DNA from: Methanotrichaceae archaeon
GTDB lineage: Archaea > Halobacteriota > Methanosarcinia > Methanotrichales > Methanotrichaceae
Length of the DNA stretch: 64,000 bases
NCBI GenBank assembly: GCA_963813075.1
Contig: CAWEXU010000030.1
Span: forward strand, 424,755 to 488,754
Direction: 5' to 3'
Shown here: positions 32,448-42,163 of the stretch, in pieces
Position numbering within the stretch: position 1 is the stretch's first letter
How the letters are laid out: each line of letters opens with the position of its first letter
Position numbers and translations under genes: made by a program
The notes under the pieces: model-generated
Database searches by the model: none
Told to the model about the DNA's origin: nothing
Seen by the model: the letters and a program-made list of their open reading frames with translations, nothing else

Positions 32448-32677
32448 GTTAATTGCTTGCCTCTTATGAAAGCTCTCGTCTCTTGGATGCAGGACGCCAG
32501 GGCTTCGCTCCTGGGGATATTCACGGTCTCAATCTTCTGCATGGGCATGGCACTGCCTGCAACGTCCACCGGGCGGCGGAGGCCGTACTCATCATACTTG
32601 CCGTCCCAGACCAGCTCGGTCTTCCTCCCGCAGAGCGGATGAGGGTTGTCCGGCCCCCAGCGAACGGGCTCAGTCAA
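32414..32677 (-). pseudogene. N-terminal remnant of a site-specific DNA methyltransferase (Mod-like)
   Basis: WGPDNPHPL..KTELVWDGKYDEYG..MQKIET resembles Mod N-termini; no catalytic motifs follow. Confidence 0.55.
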
Positions 32678-32905
32678 GGCAGAAGGCCTCCCGGAGAGGA
32701 GCGGGGACTGGAGATAACTGTGCAGCAGGCTTTGCAGACGTGGGGCAGATCGTCAATTATTATAATCCTCCTGATGACGGCTTTGCTCTGGCAGACGAAA
32801 AAGCTTTTGCATGAAGCAATGGTTTTGTATTCCTGAGGTATCGCACGAAGCCTGGGCGGGAAGAGTATTTAAGCCGGCAAGCCAAATAGGTCCATAGGCA
32901 AAATT

Positions 32906-33097
32906 ATGAGCATATCCAAGACCATCGAATGTGTCTATGAACGTGGCGTCCTAAAGCCGCTCCATGAGGTAGATTTTAAAGAAGGAGAGAGGCTGAAGCT
33001 CACGATAAAGAGATTTGATATCTCCGATTTTCTCGGGGCATTTGGCGAGGGATCTATGGAAGAGTTAGAGGAGTTTGAAGAAGAGGCCCAGATGTGA
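32906..33097 (+). CDS. antitoxin, DUF104/AF2212-like
   Basis: IECVYERGVLKPL..V..KEGE; overlaps the PIN gene (GTGA). Confidence 0.85.
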   Translation: MSISKTIECVYERGVLKPLHEVDFKEGERLKLTIKRFDISDFLGAFGEGSMEELEEFEEEAQM

Positions 33098-33549
33098 TCT
33101 TTCTAGATACAAATGTGCTATACAGCGTTTTAGTGCAAACGAAATTCAGCAAATCCGCACAAGAGATCATCTTGATGCCATCCGATCTGGCGACATCATC
33201 AACGGTTTTGAGCGAACTGATCTATGTCTCCCTTCGCAAGCTCTGCAAAGAACGATATGGGACCAAGAACTACTCCGAATTTCGCAAGGCCATAGTTCAA
33301 AGAGGCTATGGTCCTTTTAAAGAGGATTTGGATCTCTTGTTCAGGCTTATTGAAGAGAGGGAGGTCTCAATTCTTCCGATCAATGATGATCTGAATGAGT
33401 GGAAGAGTATCATGATCAGATACAATTTATTGCCCAATGATGCATTGATCGCTTCCACCTGTCTTAAGCATGAGATCTCCAGGATTGCCACATTTGATGG
33501 TGACTTCTTAAGAGTAGATTGGCTGAAGATAATCGGCAAAAAGCAATGA
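33094..33549 (+). CDS. vapC: VapC-type PIN-domain toxin
   Basis: IFLDTNV; LLPNDALIA; IATFDGDF. Confidence 0.9.
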   Translation: MIFLDTNVLYSVLVQTKFSKSAQEIILMPSDLATSSTVLSELIYVSLRKLCKERYGTKNYSEFRKAIVQRGYGPFKEDLDLLFRLIEEREVSILPINDDLNEWKSIMIRYNLLPNDALIASTCLKHEISRIATFDGDFLRVDWLKIIGKKQ

Positions 33550-34136
33550 CATCTGTGCTCTTCCTGATCGAAAGATGGCTGCGACCAAAGCTCTGCCCGA
33601 ACGCCAGTACCTAGTTCTCGAGGCTGTCGTCCAGAGCATCTATCTTCTGCATGGGCATGCTGCTCCCTGCAACATCCACCGGGTGGCGGTTGCCATACTC
33701 ATCATACTTGCCGTCCAGACCAGCTCGGTCTTTCTTCCGAAGAGCGGATGAGGGTTGTCCGGGCCCCAGCGAACGGGCTCAGTCAAGGCAGAAGGCCTCC
33801 TGGTGACGGCTTTGCCCTGGCAGACGAAAAAGCTTTTGCATGAACCACATTCTGTACGAAAAGCATTTATGCCCGAAGGGTATTATTTAATTAGTTACCC
33901 ATTGGGATGTGCGCTTTGCGCATAGATGACAGATAAACGTAAAGCCTTCTGTCCTTGAGCAACGGATTGACTTTCATGGGGAGGTACCTGGCCAAATCCC
34001 GCTCTATTGCCCTATCAGTTGAGCACTGATCAACATAAACAGTGATCTGGAGAGGATGGCCTCCTGTGCAGCGATTCGAGATAGATTTGAAGAGGTTGAT
34101 GGAAGCCTATTTTGCCTTCATCCCACAGTTGGGCAT

Positions 34137-34428
34137 CTAGCCTTCCCTTTCTATCTTTTCTAGGATTTCCGCCGCTCGTTGGGTAGACAAAATTATGATG
34201 ATCCACATATAAAAATTGGACTCTGTTTCCTTTTATCCTATAAACGATGACATAAGGGTTTACATGGGTGCCGCGAGCATTCCTTAGATTGTGGCTTTTT
34301 GGGTTGCCTATTGATGGATTATCGAGAATCTGGCTGATTTTCTTAAGGAAGCGCTCTTTCAGCGCCTTATTCTTCCGGGTTAGCTTTGAAAACTGCTCCT
34401 CAAACTCAGGAGTTGATTCAAAGTCCAT
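34137..34428 (-). CDS. RelE/StbE-family toxin; indel near the 3' end extends the track ORF to 34030
   Basis: F.EQFSKL...KKI.QILDNP.IG..K..L...R...YVIVYRI...V.FL.V.HH. Confidence 0.75.
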
Positions 34429-34433
34429 GTGAC

Positions 34434-34598
34434 CTACTCAAGGTTCCTCAAATGGTCCAAGAACTCTTCCTTGGTCTTGAAGGTCTTGACTAAACCGGCA
34501 TCCGCCTGTTTGATGCTTCTGCGAACCCCTTCCTCAAATTCCTTCAGGGCGGTCTCGTTTGCATCCTGGATAACTGTCCGTTCTTTTACTCCGGCCAT
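34434..34598 (-). CDS. putative antitoxin (54 aa, absent from the ORF track)
   Basis: manual translation MAGVKERTVIQDANETALKEFEEGVRRSIKQADAGLVKTFKTKEEFLDHLRNLE; ends 5 bp before the RelE-like start. Confidence 0.7.
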   Translation of the reverse strand: MAGVKERTVIQDANETALKEFEEGVRRSIKQADAGLVKTFKTKEEFLDHLRNLE

Positions 34599-34707
34599 GT
34601 CATGTACTCATCTCGTAGGAGAGATATAGGTTTCGATATGGCTTGCATCACACCGCCAGGGATATGATCAAACTTTAAATCCCTTAAGAGCGCATAGGAA
34701 AAGTGCT

Positions 34708-34931
34708 ATGTTCGCGGAGTATATCCAGGCGGCTTTATCAAAGGCAACTTATGAGATCATCGAAGACCAAGAGCCTTTCTCGGCGAGATCCCCGAACTTC
34801 GAGGATGGGGGGAGAACTTGAAGGGCGTTATCGAAGGCTGGATAGCCTTAAGACTGCGATTGGGTTTAGCCATACCTCCTATTAACGGGCATGCGATAGA
34901 GATACCCTCCCGGGCGGAAGCAGTTGTCTAG
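34708..34931 (+). pseudogene. HicB antitoxin remnant
   Basis: MFAEYIQAALSKATYEIIED..GEIPEL..VIEGWIALRLRLGLAIPPI; frameshifted with an internal deletion. Confidence 0.7.
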
Positions 34932-35150
34932 ACTCACAAGCATCTCATGGGGCGAACTTGTTAAGCGACTTGGAGAGCTTGGCTTTGAAGGCCCTTATCT
35001 TAGCAGCGGCCCACATCCTTATTTTGTGAGAAGAGGGGATTTAACCGTTGATTGCCGAATCCGCATAAACAGGAGATTGGTGTTGGCCTGCTCAAGAAGA
35101 TCAGCAAGCAGGCCGAGATAAGCCGCGATGAATGGCTTTCCTCAATCTGA
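34924..35150 (+). pseudogene. HicA toxin, frameshifted
   Basis: LVKRL.ELGFEGP...HP, then PNPHKQEIGVGLLKKISKQAEISRDEW in another frame. Confidence 0.75.
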
Positions 35151-35388
35151 GTCTCTTTACTCACAAAAATCCCTGCCCTCTGTGCAAGCCGGTTCTATGC
35201 ATTTCCGGTCGTGTACGAGTCTCATTGAATTGGATAGATATAGATCTGAAAGGTCATAGGTCATTATCGAACCTTTTGAATAGCCTGCGCACCTCACTCA
35301 ATTTGCCATCCCTTCCTCAGTAAGAAAGCCATTGGGCTTACCCATGAAAAAAGCTTACGGAGGAAAATCATTTCCATTGTAGAACTGA

Positions 35389-36132
35389 TCAACTATTTGG
35401 ATAATTTGGTCTTCCAACTCTGCCGGATCCCCTGACCGCCCATTCTGCATTATTGGTTTGTGCATATGGATTTAATGGGACAGCAAAATCTCTAGCAGTA
35501 TACCCCGACAATACCTTCGGTTTGGGAGAATTAGACTCCGTCATTCCCAACTGATTTGTTAATTGATCCTTCTCATCAGGTGAGCTATCGCTGTTAACAG
35601 AATCTGTGTATCCAAGCTCCTCTGATTTGGAAAGAGCTGCTCTCGCTTCATCATCCTTGCCAAGCAAGTTGAGTACAAATCCTTTATTGTACCAGGCCTC
35701 GGCGAAATTTGGATCGCATTCAATAGCATTGTCAAACGCCTTAATTGCCTCCTCGAACCTATCTAGATAACGGAGCGCTTTGCCCTTGGCGAACCAGGCA
35801 GATGCGTATTGGGGATCTAGTTCTATAACCCTATCGTAAGCATTGATGGCCTCATCATAATTGGCCTGGCTATAGAGAGAATTGCCTTTATTGTACCATA
35901 TCTGAGGAGACAGCGGATCAAATTCAAGCGCATTGTTGAAAGCTTGCAGGGCCTCGACATATTTTCCCTGGCTATAAAGTGATATACCATTTGCATTCCA
36001 GGTTGCCGCAGACTCGGCGGCAGATTCATCACCATTCACAGGAAAAGATAAAATAAGAAAAATTATAAGAGTAAATGTCAGGCACTCCATAAAATGAATT
36101 CCTATCTCGTCAATTGATCGAAATCTCCACAT
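35389..36132 (-). CDS. secreted TPR protein
   Basis: signal peptide; about 4 W.NKG..L...Y.EA..A.D repeats. Confidence 0.88.
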   Translation of the reverse strand: MWRFRSIDEIGIHFMECLTFTLIIFLILSFPVNGDESAAESAATWNANGISLYSQGKYVEALQAFNNALEFDPLSPQIWYNKGNSLYSQANYDEAINAYDRVIELDPQYASAWFAKGKALRYLDRFEEAIKAFDNAIECDPNFAEAWYNKGFVLNLLGKDDEARAALSKSEELGYTDSVNSDSSPDEKDQLTNQLGMTESNSPKPKVLSGYTARDFAVPLNPYAQTNNAEWAVRGSGRVGRPNYPNS

Positions 36133-36411
36133 TTAAATCCGTCCTGTATTTCCTCATATTCACTTATCATTCAATAATAAATAGTTTTAGTAGTAAACCG
36201 ACAAATTCATAAGAGACAATTTGTGATAGGTTCGTATTAGCAAGATAAAATATGCTACAATAAAGCGATTCACTGCGCTATGCATAGATCCGATTACTCG
36301 ATACACCGTTTTCTTCTATTAAACTTAAAATAAATTGTCTAAGGATAAAAGGAGGTGGTGCGCGAGGTCACCCCCAAACCATCTCTCCTTAGACCTATCA
36401 CTATAATACGA

Positions 36412-38890
36412 TCACATACCGAAAGCTGTTCCCTCATGTAGATTATCTCCGAAAGCCGTTCCATCGTCTGCATTATCTCCGAAAGCCGTTCCATCGTCTG
36501 CATTATCTCCGAAAGCAGGGCCGTTATCTGCAGGGGATTCTCCAGATTGTTGGTCCAATTGCCTTCCGAGTTCGTCCAGGTCATTCATCAGGGCATCCAC
36601 TTCATCCGCGGAAAGGTCTTTACCCTTTGTTCGCGATTCGAGTAGATCGATCAGAATAGCATCTTTCTGCGTTTTGGAGAGCTTCTCATCTTGTGTTTGT
36701 GAAACAGATTGGCCGTTTGTGGATTGTTGGCTCGATTGCTGATTTGCGGACTGAGAAGCAGGATTGATTGTGGGTGAACTCTGTTGAGGGGGCTGGTCGA
36801 TGTAACCATTTTTCTGGAGATATATTCGTGTGCTAGTGGACGAAGAGCTGCTGGAGACCGCTGCATAATACATGTTTGTCGCATATCCAGGCGCCTCTGC
36901 TGTAATCGTCCAGGTTCCTGGATCTCCATAAGCAATTGTATGACCATTGCTATCCCAATTAGTGGGCACAATATTCCCCGATCCATCCCGGACGGCGACT
37001 TTAGTCCCTGCAGGAACAGCATTGCCGTTCTCATTTCTCAGATCGATCTCCAGAGAGACTTTTGTTGCCGCTGAACTCGCAGGCTGATCTGCAGGAAAAG
37101 CTGAAGATTGTGGAGTATATGGGCGAATTCACTGAGGGGGCTTGATCATTAGTCCCACCTTCCTGCAAATTCATTCTAAAGCTAGAATGTGAAGATTCAC
37201 TGGACACAGATGTATACCCTGTGTTTGTCGCATACCCAGGGGCATCAGCAGTAATGGTCCAGGTTCCTGGATCGCCATAAACAAGGGCATAGCCATTGCT
37301 ATCCAAATTTGCCTTAACATAATTGCCGGATCCATCCTCGATAAGAACCTTCGTACCTGCAGGAGCTGGATTGCCGTTTTCATTTCTAAGACTGAGCTCC
37401 AATTGGACCTGTCCTGTGAGTGGTCCGCCAGATGAATCGCGGTGAATCGACTCTGAGTTACTGCTTGGTATTTGGTTGACGTATGCAGAATCTTCAATCT
37501 GCTGGTTGTCTCCAAAAGCAAAATCGTCCGGCTGGTCTATTGGCTCGGTTACTGTCGGCGGATCTACTGGCTGAACTGCAGGCGTCTGGCTCGATGCACT
37601 TGTTTGCGCCAATTCGAGTCGTTTCTCTTGGGAATAGCCGGTTGTACCGTCTTCATATCGCACTTCCCACCAGGTGAAATCATCTCGGTAATATGGACCG
37701 CTTAAGACTGTGGCAGTGTTACCCGCTGATTTTGTGCTGATAACAGTACCACTACTCAATCCCGGCGCATCTCGGACGTTCAGGCTATCAGTTACCTCAA
37801 TTCTGTCGCCTTTAGAGAATTTGGCATTGGTGGATTGAGTTGCGGTTTGGGCAGGTTCTCTCAAATTAGATTCTAACTCATATTTGGAACGAGATGATGC
37901 AGGAGGCTGGTTCGATGCGCTGGTTTGCACCAATTCAAGTCTCTTCTCCTGAGAATAGCCGGTTGTGCCGTCATCATATTGAACTTCCCACCAGGTGAAA
38001 TCGTCTTTGAAATATGGACCGCTTAAGACTGTGGCAGTGCTACCCGCTGCTTTTGTGCTGGTTACTGTTCCGCTGGATAATCCTGGCGAATCTCGAACGT
38101 TTAGGCTATCCGTTACCTCAATTCTATCGCCTTTGGCGAATTTTTTTTGAGAAGATTGACTCTTGGTTTGGGAATTAGATTGTGATATGTCAGTTGGGCT
38201 TGTTTCAAGCCATCTGACATTAGATTGCTGAGTGCCGACCGAAAACGCATCTGCTGCTGCGGTAGGCTGCGGATCCACTGGCTGTGTGACAGGCGGTTTA
38301 TTTGTTGGCACTGATTCTATGGATTTTTCTACTACTGAATTAATCGAACCATAACTGGATGCATCAGATGATATACCCGATGTTGGTAGTGATACCACTG
38401 GGGTTTCAATTTTCGCTTGCGCTAATTTTGAAGATGAACTCGACGATACACTAGCCGGTTCTAGTGGTTCGTGAGGCAAGACAGACAGCCAAAAATCAGT
38501 TATCCCATATTTATCTTCAAACTCCTTTAGTTTATCTTTGTTTTTTTCAAGTACGTTTAGATAAAACAACATTCCATTAAAGCCCGAATAGGCACCTGGG
38601 ATGTGAATCTGGCTTCCGAAGGCAGCCGAATCCTTTGCAATTGACCACCCTAGATCATCCCATATTGGATCTTCCCACTTGGTAATATCGGATTTTGTGG
38701 GTGGATGCTTAGCTGCTGTTATTACAGTGTTTTCCGGTACAATCGCCTGATAATAATCGACTAAACTGGGTTGATTTACGGTACCATATCCACTTGGACT
38801 ATATTCAGCATATCCAAAATTCATGATAACTAAAAATTGTATTAATATTATAAGTAGAATAAATTCCAAAGATCGGATTTTTTTGATCAT
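36412..38890 (-). CDS. large secreted protein: two SH3b-like domains, two carboxypeptidase-regulatory-like domains and a C-terminal AFGDN repeat; indel near 37115
   Basis: signal peptide; the alternative frame continues KVSLEIDLRNENGNAVPAGTKV...IVPTNWDSNG, paralleling the previous domain. Confidence 0.8.
36416..36532. repeat. 30-bp coding tandem repeat (about 4 units, CCGAAAGCCGTTCCATCGTCTGCATTATCT)
   Basis: seen directly; encodes AFGDNADDGT. Confidence 0.9.
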
Positions 38891-39775
38891 ATATTCCCAA
38901 TCCCTCCTAAAACATCGCTGGTACTTAGGGCAAATTCAATCGAAGATAGTTTTTGCATATGTTTCGAACTCCTTCTTTTTTAAAAGATATAATATTTCTC
39001 CAGACGATTTTGGATATATCCCACCGTTGGATATTTAACTTTATACTAACCAAAATTAATGAGAATTGTACAGGTTTTGCAAATAGAAGTTTAAACACCA
39101 TCATTTTGCAAATTATATGCATTACTATTATAAACCTTTTTAGATTATATGGTAGCGTGACGATTTTGCTGTATAATTTGCAGGAATATTACGAAACGGA
39201 AAACGACTTGCGGTCGGCGAGATAGCAACAAGTTAATCTATGAAATATTATAATTAACTCTATATCATCAAGTCGCAAAACTCAGGGGGGACATAGAGCC
39301 ATGAATATAACTGACCTAGCAGATGATGGCTCTTCGCTAAATTACGCGGGTAATGTACTGCAGAGAATTTTTCTTTGTGCTTTTGTGCCTTGCTATGAAA
39401 ATGATTCGATTATCGCTATCTAAGGACCATTTTCCTTTCTTCGGGCGCAATTCCCATAATGCCTCAAAAAAAAGAGGCTCTTCGCTGTATCGAGTGGTAG
39501 CGGGATAATTAACCCTGGTGGTTTACGGAATACGAAATAAAACCTCAGAGTCACAGAGTGCACGGAGGATCATGAAAAAATGTCGAATTCCTGTGACTTT
39601 TGCACGAACCCAGACCAAATAGTGAGTAGCCAAAAACGAATCATGGCGTTTTGTGGTGAGGTCCAGGCATCCCGATTGCCAGTCATTATAACCTCTTCCC
39701 AGGGTATGGTCAATCCGGAAAACGGCGTCCCTATTGAAAGAGCTTAATAGAAAGATCCTTTACCTGTAAAAAACA

Positions 39776-39850
39776 TGCTCCGGTTGGGATTTGAACCCAA
39801 GTCGAAGGAGTGAGAGTCCTACATGATTGGCCGAGCTACACTACCGGAGC
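39776..39850 (-). tRNA. tRNA-Glu (CTC)
   Basis: reverse complement GCTCCGG...TAGGA-CT-CTC-AC-TCCTT...GGTTCAAATCC..CCGGAGCA folds as a cloverleaf. Confidence 0.95.
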
Positions 39851-39878
39851 GCGGATTGGGGGTGGTTTCTTCTATCAT

Positions 39879-40653
39879 TTAAGGCTTTTGGCCCTGCACA
39901 CCAGATGCCTCTCGCCGGAGGGATTTGCTGGCAGCATCTGCAGAAAGCTCCTGCAAAAAGCACTGGCAGCACTCCTTCAGTGCGCACTCCTCGTGCTTGG
40001 GCCCACGGGCGCGGCAGATCTGCCTCCCGTGGCGGATCAGGTTCAGGTGAAAGGAGTGGTAGCACTCGGGGGGCACAATCCTCTCCAGGGCTTTTTGCGC
40101 CTTCTCCGGCGATAGGTTTTCAGGAACCAGGCCCAGCCGCCGGGAGACCCGGAAGACGTGCGTGTCCACGGGCATGAAGGGCATGCCAAAGGCAAAGAGC
40201 AGGACGATGGAGGCCGTCTTCGGCCCCACCCCGGGCAGGGCCAGGAGGTAGCTCATAGCCACGATCCTTGTCCATTTCCCCCAGAAAGCGGATATCCATC
40301 GCCCCCCGGTCATTCTTGATCCTGAGGAGGACCTCCTGTATCCGCCGGGCCTTGATCTCCGCCAGCCCCCCCTCCCGGATGCAGTCCGCCAACTCCTCCG
40401 CCCGGGCCGATAAGAGCGACTCATAGTCCCCATAGTCCCTCTTCAGATTGGCGAACGCCCGCAGGCTGTTGGTGTCGCTGGTATTCTGAGAGAGGATGGT
40501 CATGACCAAAAGGTCCAGGGGATCGATACGATCCTGGCGGGGAAGGCCATACTCCTCCTCCAGAATGCCAATGCAGGCCAGAACTTTCTCGCCGACCTTC
40601 TGCTTTGCCATCCCTCCGGAGACTGCCCTTATTGCCTTAAAGCTTATTGCCAA
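39879..40653 (-). CDS. nth: endonuclease III / HhH-GPD DNA glycosylase; indel near 40264
   Basis: TILSQNTSD; LPGVGPKTA; PVDTHVFRVS; C-terminal Fe-S cysteine cluster. Confidence 0.88.
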
Positions 40654-40693
40654 TATCCAGTCAGCAAAAATTCATTAACTATGGAATGAAATA

Positions 40694-41947
40694 ATGAGCC
40701 AGATGGATTTTGTCGACATCTACCCCTTTCTAGTGGCCATGCTCATAGGAGCGCTCATCGGCACTGAGCGCCAGCGCCGCCTGGCAGAGGATAAGGTCCG
40801 GGGGGTGGCGGGCCTCAGAACCTTCATTCTCATCGCCCTCCTTGGGGCCTTGTCCGCCACCCTGGCCACCCAGTTCGGCCCCCTCTTTGCCGTCGCCGCT
40901 CTCACCTCATTTGTCATCCTGGTGGCAGTGGGCTACGCCTCTGCCGTCAGCTCCCTGGGAAGGATAGATCTCACTGCCGCCGTGGCTGCAGTCGTCACAT
41001 TCGTCCTGGGAATGCTGGCCAGCGATCCGGAGAAGATCACCCTGGCCGTCTCGCTGAGCATTATCACCACCTGGGTCCTGGCCACCCGCACCGTCACCCA
41101 CCGCTACGTAGAGGCCCTGAACGAGGCAGACCTGCTCGACACCCTGAAGATGGGCATCATCGCCCTGGTGATCTATCCCATACTGCCCGTGGAGCCGCTC
41201 GACCCCTGGGGGGTGATCAACCTCCGCCAGATCTGGCTCTTCGTGATCCTGGTCAGCCTGATAGGCTATATCGGCTACATCCTCATCCGCATCCTGGGGG
41301 CGGAGAGGGGCCTGACCCTGACCGGCATCCTGGGCGGCCTGGTATCGAGCATCGCCGTCACCTCCTCCCTGGCCGAGGAGTCGAGAATCAACCCCCAGCT
41401 GCTATCCTCGGCCGTCTTCGCCACCGCCATCGCTAGCAGCACCGTATTCCCCCGGGTCCTGTTCATCGCCGCAGTGGTAAACAAGGAGCTATTGGCTGAC
41501 CTTTTCATACCCCTCCTGACCATGACCCTGGTCGGCGCGGCCCTGGCCTACATATCACACCGCAGAAATCCTCCCCTGGGCGGTGAGGTAAAGGTCTCCG
41601 ACCCCTTCAGAATCCTCCCCGCTCTGAAGCTGGGCTCGCTCTTCGCCCTGGTGCTGATCATCTCCCGCCTTTCAGGCCTCTACTTCGGGGACACGGGAAT
41701 CTATGCCGCCAGCATTCTCTCCGGTCTCGTGGATGTCGATGCCATCACCCTGAGCATGGCCACCTTAGCCCGGTCAACCCTGACCCCCGGCGTCGCCGCC
41801 ACCTCCATCACCCTGGCGGTCATATCCAACATCCTGGTCAAGCTGGCCATCGCCTATCTCCTGGGGAGCAGAGAGTTCGGTAATCGCATGGCGGCCATCC
41901 TGCTGCCCATGGCCCTGGCCGGAGCCCTCTCCATGCTCCTTATCTAA
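40694..41947 (+). CDS. MgtC/SapB plus DUF4010 membrane protein
   Basis: GALIGTER, AGLRTF, LGGLVSS, GLVDVDAI. Confidence 0.88.
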   Translation: MSQMDFVDIYPFLVAMLIGALIGTERQRRLAEDKVRGVAGLRTFILIALLGALSATLATQFGPLFAVAALTSFVILVAVGYASAVSSLGRIDLTAAVAAVVTFVLGMLASDPEKITLAVSLSIITTWVLATRTVTHRYVEALNEADLLDTLKMGIIALVIYPILPVEPLDPWGVINLRQIWLFVILVSLIGYIGYILIRILGAERGLTLTGILGGLVSSIAVTSSLAEESRINPQLLSSAVFATAIASSTVFPRVLFIAAVVNKELLADLFIPLLTMTLVGAALAYISHRRNPPLGGEVKVSDPFRILPALKLGSLFALVLIISRLSGLYFGDTGIYAASILSGLVDVDAITLSMATLARSTLTPGVAATSITLAVISNILVKLAIAYLLGSREFGNRMAAILLPMALAGALSMLLI

Positions 41948-42000
41948 AAGAGGTCTTGATCTAAAACAGGAAAGGGGAACGGGAAAAGGAAAAAGAAAGA

Positions 42001-42074
42001 TGGGCCCGACGCGGTTCGAACGCGTGATCCCCGCCGTGTAAGGGCGATGTCATAACCAGCTAGACCACGGGCCC
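42001..42074 (-). tRNA. tRNA-Val (TAC)
   Basis: reverse complement GGGCCCG...TCGCC-CT-TAC-AC-GGCGG...GTTCGAAC..CGGGCCCA. Confidence 0.95.
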
Positions 42075-42163
42075 TGCCCCTTTACTATCTGCTCGTCATA
42101 TTAGATCTTATCGCTTAGCCTGAGCGAACAGGCCCGGCCGGCTGCCGGGCTGCTCGCGATCTA

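Larger units (their letters stand above)
32532..33844. repeat. about 200-bp imperfect direct repeat: copy 1 at 32532-32815 (with an 80-bp insert), copy 2 at 33642-33844
   Basis: shared ATCTTCTGCATGGGCATG...TACTCATCATACTTGCCGTCC...CAGTCAAGGCAGAAGGCCTCC...GGCAGACGAAAAAGCTTTTGCATGAA. Confidence 0.9.

Noticed and set aside
36416..36532. 30-bp repeats as a CRISPR array
   Set aside because: Units are contiguous with no spacers, lie in frame within a CDS, and no cas genes are present.
36870..38145. Duplicated segments as DGR template/variable repeats
   Set aside because: Both copies are in-frame domains of one protein, differences are not adenine-restricted, and no reverse transcriptase is visible.
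38900..39770. Short ORFs in the AT-rich gap next to tRNA-Glu
   Set aside because: No recognisable motifs and no att duplication; treated as non-coding or decayed.
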